A stretch of DNA of 64,000 nucleotides from the human T2T-CHM13v2.0 reference genome, Homo sapiens. The notes beneath the pieces were generated by a model. That model did not search any database, was not told where the DNA came from, and saw only the letters and a list, made by a program, of their open reading frames with translations. Positions 56,840-64,000 of the stretch are shown here, piece by piece. The first letter of the stretch is position 1; each line of letters opens with the position of its first letter. The position numbers were made by a program, and so were the translations under genes. The stretch lies in assembly GCF_009914755.1 (NCBI RefSeq), contig NC_060942.1; one strand, given 5' to 3'.

Positions 56840-58070
56840 ATTTATTTATTGAACCCTTACTACATGCCACACACTGTGCTAGGAGCTGGGGTCAAAGCAA
56901 TAGACAGAACAGAGGAGGCCACCGTCCTCATGAAACCTAAGTTCTGGTGGGAAGATAGAAACCATACAAATAAATATACAAATCTGCTATAAGGAAAAAT
57001 ACCTGGTCCCATGAGAGTATGTGACAGGAGAACATGGTGGGTGGATCTGCGAGGGTTTATTTAGCAAGTGATCATTGAGACAAAGCCTGGCAGAAGTGTA
57101 GGGGTTGACCAGGAAGAGTGAGGGAAAGGTCTTCATGCCAATGAACCAGCACTTGCAGAGGCCCTGAGGTGGAAAGTGTTCAACACCTTACAAGTACTAA
57201 AAGGAGGCCAGCATGGGGCCTGGAGTCATGGAGCCAGAAAGCAAGGGACTCACTAAAGCACAGTGGCAGCTCAGAGCCTTGCACACCCTGTCAAAGAGGT
57301 AGTTTTCCATCTGAAAGCATTGATGGGCTTTAAGCTGGGATCCAACATGAGATTAATATGGCAACTCTTCCCTGCGGGGCATGGCTTTGAGGAGAAACCT
57401 GGGAAAAAGTAGGGATATCCAAATGAAAGTCATTGAAGATGTGGTAAGAGGTGATGGTGGCTAACTGGTGACCATGAACGTGAAGGCATATTTTTTAGAG
57501 ACAGAATTGTTAAATTTAGAGAGTAAGAAGAAGGGAGCATTAAGTGTGACTCCTGAGTTTTCTGAAGGAATGGCTTGGAAGGGGAAGATGACTTTTCCTA
57601 GGTGGTCACCTGTGAGGGAGGATAGGATTTGGGAAGGCAACATGATGAGTTGTTTTGGCAAATTAAGGTACTTGGAACGTCTATATGTGAGTGTAAAGTA
57701 GACAACTAAATCTGTTAATCCACTGCTCAAAACTGGGCTGGAAATGTGAGTTTTGAGGGTCATCGGCAGGGAGATGGAATACGAAGCCATGCTGAGGGCT
57801 GACGTCACCTGGGTAGGAGCACCAGGGCTGAGAAGAGGGCCCGGAACAGGGGTCTGCAAAATGCTCCTGTTACACGAAGAAGAGCCGCCAAAAGAGAGTG
57901 TGAAGGAGCAACCAGAGAGGGGAGCAGATATAACGGCCAAAGAGTGTGTCAAAGAGGGTGATCAACTCTCAGAACACCACTGAGCAGCCTGGTGGGATGG
58001 GGACTGAAAGTGGACTTGCCATGGAGGCCTTAGAGACCACAGCAAAGGCAGCCATAGCAGAAAGCAGACT
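56840..58070 (-). mobile_element. L2 LINE fragment
   Basis: Starts atttatttattgaacccttactacatgccacacactgtgctaggagctgggg; purine-rich L2 body. Confidence 0.75.
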
Positions 58071-59894
58071 GAGCTGGACTAAAGAGAGAAAAGGGAAGCA
58101 CCTAGTGTTCACCTGAGGACAGCAATCCAACTTACAGTGAAAGCAATCTACTCGGTTATTACCCTTGTTCTCTAGCCATGTTCAGTTGTTTGGTGAAAGC
58201 ATGGAAAAGTTAGGCATTTGGGTTTATCCCGGCTGGAATTTCACCATACAAGCATGAGGGAGGGAGACAGGTGCAAGAGAGTTGGAGGAAGTAACATAAG
58301 GGGCCATGAAGTTAAGTTGGTCAAGGAGGGAAGGGAAGACAGGTGGTTGTGGGAGCTGAAGGGCTGTCAGAGGGGTCACCTGAGCAGGTGAGCCAAATGT
58401 GCAAGAGGAAGTGGCCAGAGGAGAGATCTGACTTTTGAGATTTCCAGTGTGTGTGATATTAAGCCCATGCTGGGACTGTGGAAATCAGTTGCTGAAAAGG
58501 GGAGATGAAAAGGTTCACTGGAGATGAGAAGGACAAGGATCTGAGAAGCCAGAGAACAGGATGATGAGTTATCTGCCTGGACATCGAAGCTGCTTAAAGT
58601 TACTGGAGGGGGATGAAGATGATTAGTAGGAGCACTTCAAGTCTTCTCTGAATGACAGAGTGACCAGAGAGTCAGTAACGCAGCAGTGGGCAGTTGGAGA
58701 GGATGGTATGGCCATTTGAGATAAGCCTCAAAGAAGAAGGGTTTCTGCCCAAGCAAGGTGAGTGGTGCTCAGAAGAAATTGTGGAGAGTAAGAATTCCTC
58801 TCATTAGGAGGAGGAGAGGTAATAGCCTAGCGAAATGGAACTAATGCAAAATTAGAAAGGGGACTTTATCCCCTTTTGAAGGGAATCCTGCAATCCTTGA
58901 GCGGTGTCTGGAATGATGAGTATACGGAATGGTAGTACCCATGTTAGGGATCTGTGATCCCTGTCCTAAGAGAGACGGTCCTACACTGAAGGGATGCAGC
59001 ATGGAGCACGGAGCAATGGGGAAAGCTCTAGGTCATACTGAGAGGAGACTGCATGCAGGTCCAAAACCACCTCTCAAATAAATAAATAAAAAGATATAAC
59101 TGAGCTGGAGGAGGCTAGAGAAGAAATGCACAAATGGCTGTATGGGAAGGAGAGAGTACAGCACTACCAAGGGGAAGCCAGACAAAACCAGGAAACTGAG
59201 GACCTCAGGCAAAGGATGTTCCAAAAGCAAGTCATGGCATAAGCCCTGACCCTGGTGGTACGGGGACAGGAGCCCCATGTGGAAGGGAAGCTCCTTCAGC
59301 TGGGATGCACACAGCTCATGGAAGAATAGACCAGTGCTTCCTACTGTTCCTAGGGAAGGGAAAGAGGGAAGGAGCTGGAAATGGTAGAGGGAAGAGAAGG
59401 AAGACTGGAGATCAGTTGTAAGCAATGTAGCCTCCATAGAAATTCAGGAAGAGTTTCTCTTAGACACCCCCCACCTCCAATCAGTACTGGATCTGTGTGT
59501 ACGTATCAAGGGGAACATACATGTACCACTAACTACCACAATAGGACGGCACAGCAGGCAATATGAAAGGCAGAGAAAAAACACTCAGTGATCAAGAGAA
59601 AAAGAGAGACTTCCATTCTGACTCAGTGGTCAGGGATATCTTCATCGGCCAAATGGACATTCTTCTGGACGCGGAAGAATGGGAGGATTTTGAAAGGTAA
59701 TGAGGTAGAGAAATGTCCTCAACTCTACAGCACAAGCTGTAGATCCCACGTGTGTCACTGTCCAACCCCCAGGACAGACCTGAGGTCTGAGTCCAGCCTC
59801 AGCCAAGTCCCTCTGGGCCCCGTCCTGACTCACTAGCTCTTTCCCTTTCCTTCCGTCTAGTCCATCGATAGAAGAGTGGCTGTGACCCGAAGGA

Positions 59895-60044
59895 ATGTCT
59901 GACCCCCACAGCAGTCCTCTCCTGCCAGAGCCACTTTCCAGCAGATACAAACTCTACGAGGCAGAGTTTACCAGCCCGAGCTGGCCCTCGACATCCCCGG
60001 ATACTCACCCAGCTCTGCCCCTCCTGGAAATGCCTGAAGAAAAG
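59895..60044 (+). CDS. SLC14A2: SLC14A2 (UT-A1 urea transporter) first coding exon, aa 1-50; exon starts at 59861 with 34 nt of 5' UTR
   Basis: Translates MSDPHSSPLLPEPLSSRYKLYEAEFTSPSWPSTSPDTHPALPLLEMPEEK, recognised as the UT-A1 N-terminus. Polypyrimidine tract and acceptor ttccgtctag|59861; donor AAG|gtgaga, phase 0. Confidence 0.96.
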
Positions 60045-60912
60045 GTGAGAAGTGTCCCTCCTAGGATGTTTCCTGGGAGGGAGGGGATGGGAAAAGTGGG
60101 GGCAAAAGATGCCGCTTTCCCACCTTCCCAGTGAACTTAGCACACTGAGGAAGTGCCACTGTCAGTACATGGTGACACCCATGGTGGGTCCTACCTGGCC
60201 TTAGATAATGTGGCTCTTCATGAGACATGATTTTAAGGACAAGTACAGAATACAGACACTCACTCACCAGTCTTTCAATCAGTCTCTAAAATCTTTCCCC
60301 TTAAACCTGCTCCCTTGAACTACCCTACTGTCTCCAAAGGGAAGGCCTTTGTTGAAATGCAGGCCATTAGCATCCTCGGTGGTAGCACAGAGGTAGACTG
60401 GCTGGCCACTGCTGCAGTAGAGAGGGACTCAAGACTGCTGGGATGGCCTTCCAGAGCTGTCCTGACTTGCGATGAGGAGGTCCCATATCTTTACTCATCA
60501 CTACTTTGAAATTACAGAAGGTATTGGATCTGCTGTGCATACATGTGTATCTTAATTTTTAGTAAGATTATAACTGCATTTCAGTATAATTGGCTTGGTT
60601 TGCCGTCCTATTTATCTGATCTTTGCATTTACAAACATTATTCTGAAAAGAAGCTCATGGGCTTCATTAAACTGCCAAAAGAGATCCATGGCACAAAGGT
60701 GAAGAAATCCTGCTGTGAAGAAGGTGCATGGTCCTGGGAAGAACAGGCTTGTACGGGGCACTCTATGCAGCCGCAGACAATGGGCATGTGTTCCACCCTT
60801 TGTCTCATGATCCTTTATTTTTATCAAAAAACCTGCCACCCTCCTCTATCCCCAAATGTCCCTGCTCTCAGAAAGCTGTATCATTTGATGTCTGGTTGGT
60901 TTCTCCTAAAAG

Positions 60913-61093
60913 GATCTCCGGTCTTCCAATGAAGACAGTCACATTGTGAAGATCGAAAAGCTCAATGAAAGGAGTAAAAGGAAAGACGACGGGGTGGCCC
61001 ATCGGGACTCAGCAGGCCAAAGGTGCATCTGCCTCTCCAAAGCAGTGGGCTACCTCACGGGCGACATGAAGGAGTACAGGATCTGGCTGAAAG
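60913..61093 (+). CDS. SLC14A2: SLC14A2 second coding exon (DLRSSNEDSHIVK...GYLTGDMKEYRIWLK)
   Basis: Acceptor ctcctaaaag|GAT, donor AAAG|gtagga, 181 nt. In frame with the previous exon and contains the UT-family GYLTGDM motif. Confidence 0.96.
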
Positions 61094-62187
61094 GTAGGAA
61101 AATACCCTGGGGAGAGGCAGCCAGACCAGGCCAGGCCAGAGAGACAACCCTCTCTCCGGTTTGGTCCAAAGCTTCTCCCTCACTCATTCACCCTCACCCT
61201 GGGTGGATCTGCCCAGGACTGGACCTCACCCAGGGCTGGAGTCCACAGCTGGGGGAACTTCAGCCCTAAGCTGACTCCAAGGGGATATGATATACCCTAC
61301 TGGCCTGGAATTCTCATGGTTTCAGAATTAAATGCATTGATCTTAGTTCTTTGCAAATTGCTCGTTCCTATGTGAAATAGATATAGGACAACCATATTAG
61401 CAACATATAAGCCATTTCCCAAGCTAGCTGAATGATCATTCCTTCACTCGATTCACTTGTTGCACAGCCATTTATTATGTGCCTGCTATGTGCCAAGAAA
61501 ATATTGGTATCATCCTTCCCAAAGCTTCAGGATTCTTTCCTTTTAACTTCTCGAACTAAACACTGAAAGGAATGCCACACCCTTCACTCCCACTAGCCCC
61601 GACACCTGCACCAGTTGTCATGGAAACCAAACCAGCAAATGAGGCAGAATGTACGCCCCTCTCCTATACCTGGCCTCCTCCAGGCCCTGACTCAGTACTG
61701 ATTTTCACAGCTGGGCTACAACAATTTCTTCCCTAGTGTCTTTTCTTCAGGCTACTTTCTTTGCTGCTCAGATACCAGCCCTTAACTGAGTCATCCAGCA
61801 CTACAGAAAAAAGAATTTCCTGCCCCCACCCCCCCACCTTCCCCACCCTTTCTTTTGGACCAATAAATTTCCCTTGGAATGCTCCCGGGGCTTCTTTTCC
61901 AACCAAGCCAGTGGCTGGAACAGCGTTAAATTGTTCTCAGCATGGTGCCTCTGTCTATATGGCAAAAACTACCACCCACTGCAGAATGATTGCTGGGCTA
62001 CTGAGAGATTTGGGCTGGGCACCAGCCTCCCCTCTACCCCCACCCCTCCACCCCGACCCCTGGCCTGGCTGAATGGGAAGGGTCCTGGCTTGCACATTCC
62101 TGTTTGCCTTGGTTGCCATGCCAACCAGCAGTTCAGCAGAGCAGCCCAAGCTGGACCTGCTGATGGCTCGCTCTCTGTCTCTTTCAG

Positions 62188-62377
62188 ACAAGCACCTTGC
62201 CCTCCAGTTCATAGACTGGGTCCTGAGAGGGACCGCTCAGGTGATGTTCGTCAACAATCCTCTCAGCGGCCTCATCATCTTCATAGGGCTGCTGATCCAG
62301 AATCCCTGGTGGACAATCACTGGGGGCCTGGGGACAGTGGTCTCGACCTTAACAGCTCTCGCCTTGGGCCAAGACAG
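62188..62377 (+). CDS. SLC14A2: SLC14A2 third coding exon ([28 protein letters not shown]...ALGQDR); gene continues beyond the window
   Basis: Acceptor ctctttcag|AC completes the phase-1 codon G+AC = Asp; donor AG|gtgggt. Contains the urea-transporter signature [17 protein letters not shown] and hydrophobic helices. Confidence 0.97.
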
Positions 62378-62956
62378 GTGGGTCCCTCTCTATAGGGATT
62401 TTAGCAAGATGTGTGGAACAGAAAGTAGAGAGGTGTTTACTTGAGTAATCAGTCAACCTTACCCTCCCAGCCAGCCAAAGTCTCCTGAGTATCAACTTTA
62501 AGCAGGTCACTGACAGTCCTTGCAGAATTACACTGCTCCTGCTCACAGCATGTGACAGTGTCAACATTCATTTGACTGTGGAGACTTCTGCAAACACTGC
62601 CTCAGAGGGAGGTGCAGAGGAACAGCTAAGCTGTTCTTCCCTCACAGAGCCTACCATCTAGTTGAAGGAGACAAGATTAATAGGCAATGAATGTCTCAGA
62701 ATAATACAGGACAGTATATAATTGAGTTCAGAGAAGACAGACATTACCAAGTGTTGGGAAGATTAGAGAGGCTACCTCTGAGTTATAAAGGTTGCATATG
62801 GGGGATCTGAGAGAAGGCGAGGAGAGAGAGGAGGACAGTGTGGGAAGGGGCACTGAGGAAGGGGAGCAAACAGGGCTGGCAGGAGGCATAGATACAGATG
62901 TGGAAAGAGAAGTTGGCCTCGCACTGGCTGGTGCAAAGTCAAGTAACAATAACAAG

Positions 62957-63276
62957 GGCCAGGCACGGTGGCTCACGCCTACAATCTCAGCACTTTGGGA
63001 GGCTTAAGACAGGCAGATCACTTGAGGCCAGGAGTTTGAAGCCAGTCTGGCCAACATGGTGAAACCCCGTCTCTACTACAAATACAAAAATCAGCTGTGC
63101 ATGGTCGTGCATGCCTGTAATCCCAGCTACTCGGAAGGCTGAGGATCTCTTAAACCTGGGAGGTGGAGGTTGCAGTGAGCCAAGATCGTGCCACTGCACT
63201 CCAGCCAGGGTGACAGAGCAAGACTTTCTCAAAAAAAAAAAAAAAAAAAAGAAAAGAAAAAGAAAAAAGAATAAAA
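62957..63276 (+). mobile_element. AluS SINE (intronic)
   Basis: Alu consensus with long A-rich tail. Confidence 0.92.
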
Positions 63277-63393
63277 ACTTGCATTTTGTAGAACTTGACC
63301 ACTTCCTGAGACTTTGCCGTATATTTTTCCAGTGGCTCCCAAACTTTCCTGATGGTCAGAATCACTTAAGGTGGTTGTTAAGAAATAGTTTCA

Positions 63394-63774
<381 letters not shown>

Positions 63775-64000
63775 TTAACAAGGTCCTCCTAGATGCTTCT
63801 GATGGTCAGAGAAGTTTGGAAAGCACTGGATTATCCCCTATCTTAGTGTTTTTCAATTTGGGGATCACCAAGCCATTTCCAGATCATGAATTAATTGTCA
63901 GCAGCATTTTTTAAAGTTAATAGCGTAAAATAAAACTGATGAGAGTTATCTATATATGGTAATGGTAAGTATTATTTGGTGGAATTTTTGTTTCATTTAT

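Noticed and set aside
57461-57983. 163-aa and overlapping ORFs
   Set aside because: Lie in degenerate L2 sequence; no intact RT or endonuclease motifs.
62073-62187. Signal-peptide-like N-terminal extension [17 protein letters not shown] in frame with coding exon 3
   Set aside because: Intronic open frame upstream of a strong acceptor at 62187; no promoter evidence, so treated as chance.

Overview
Primate (human or near-human) genomic DNA containing the 5' end of the coding region of SLC14A2, the UT-A urea transporter. Three + strand coding exons (59861-60044, 60913-61093, 62188-62377) splice in frame into the N-terminal ~173 aa of UT-A1, and the gene runs off the right end. The first ~59 kb is non-coding and repeat-rich: 13 Alus, MIR/L2, MaLR/ERVL LTRs, MER DNA transposons and microsatellites. 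The ORFs predicted there are repeat-derived or random. The most interesting structure is a complete THE1D-like MaLR provirus (47925-50910, GTGGG target-site duplication, splitting a MIR). Its 3' LTR keeps a TATA box and a CAG|GTAG splice donor ~9 kb upstream of the ATG exon, so it is a plausible primate-specific promoter and first exon for SLC14A2. This unit also has an Alu-born perfect CRE upstream and uORFs whose stop position depends on a T15 tract. Repeat subfamily names come from remembered consensus sequences, not a database search. No prokaryote-type system is present.
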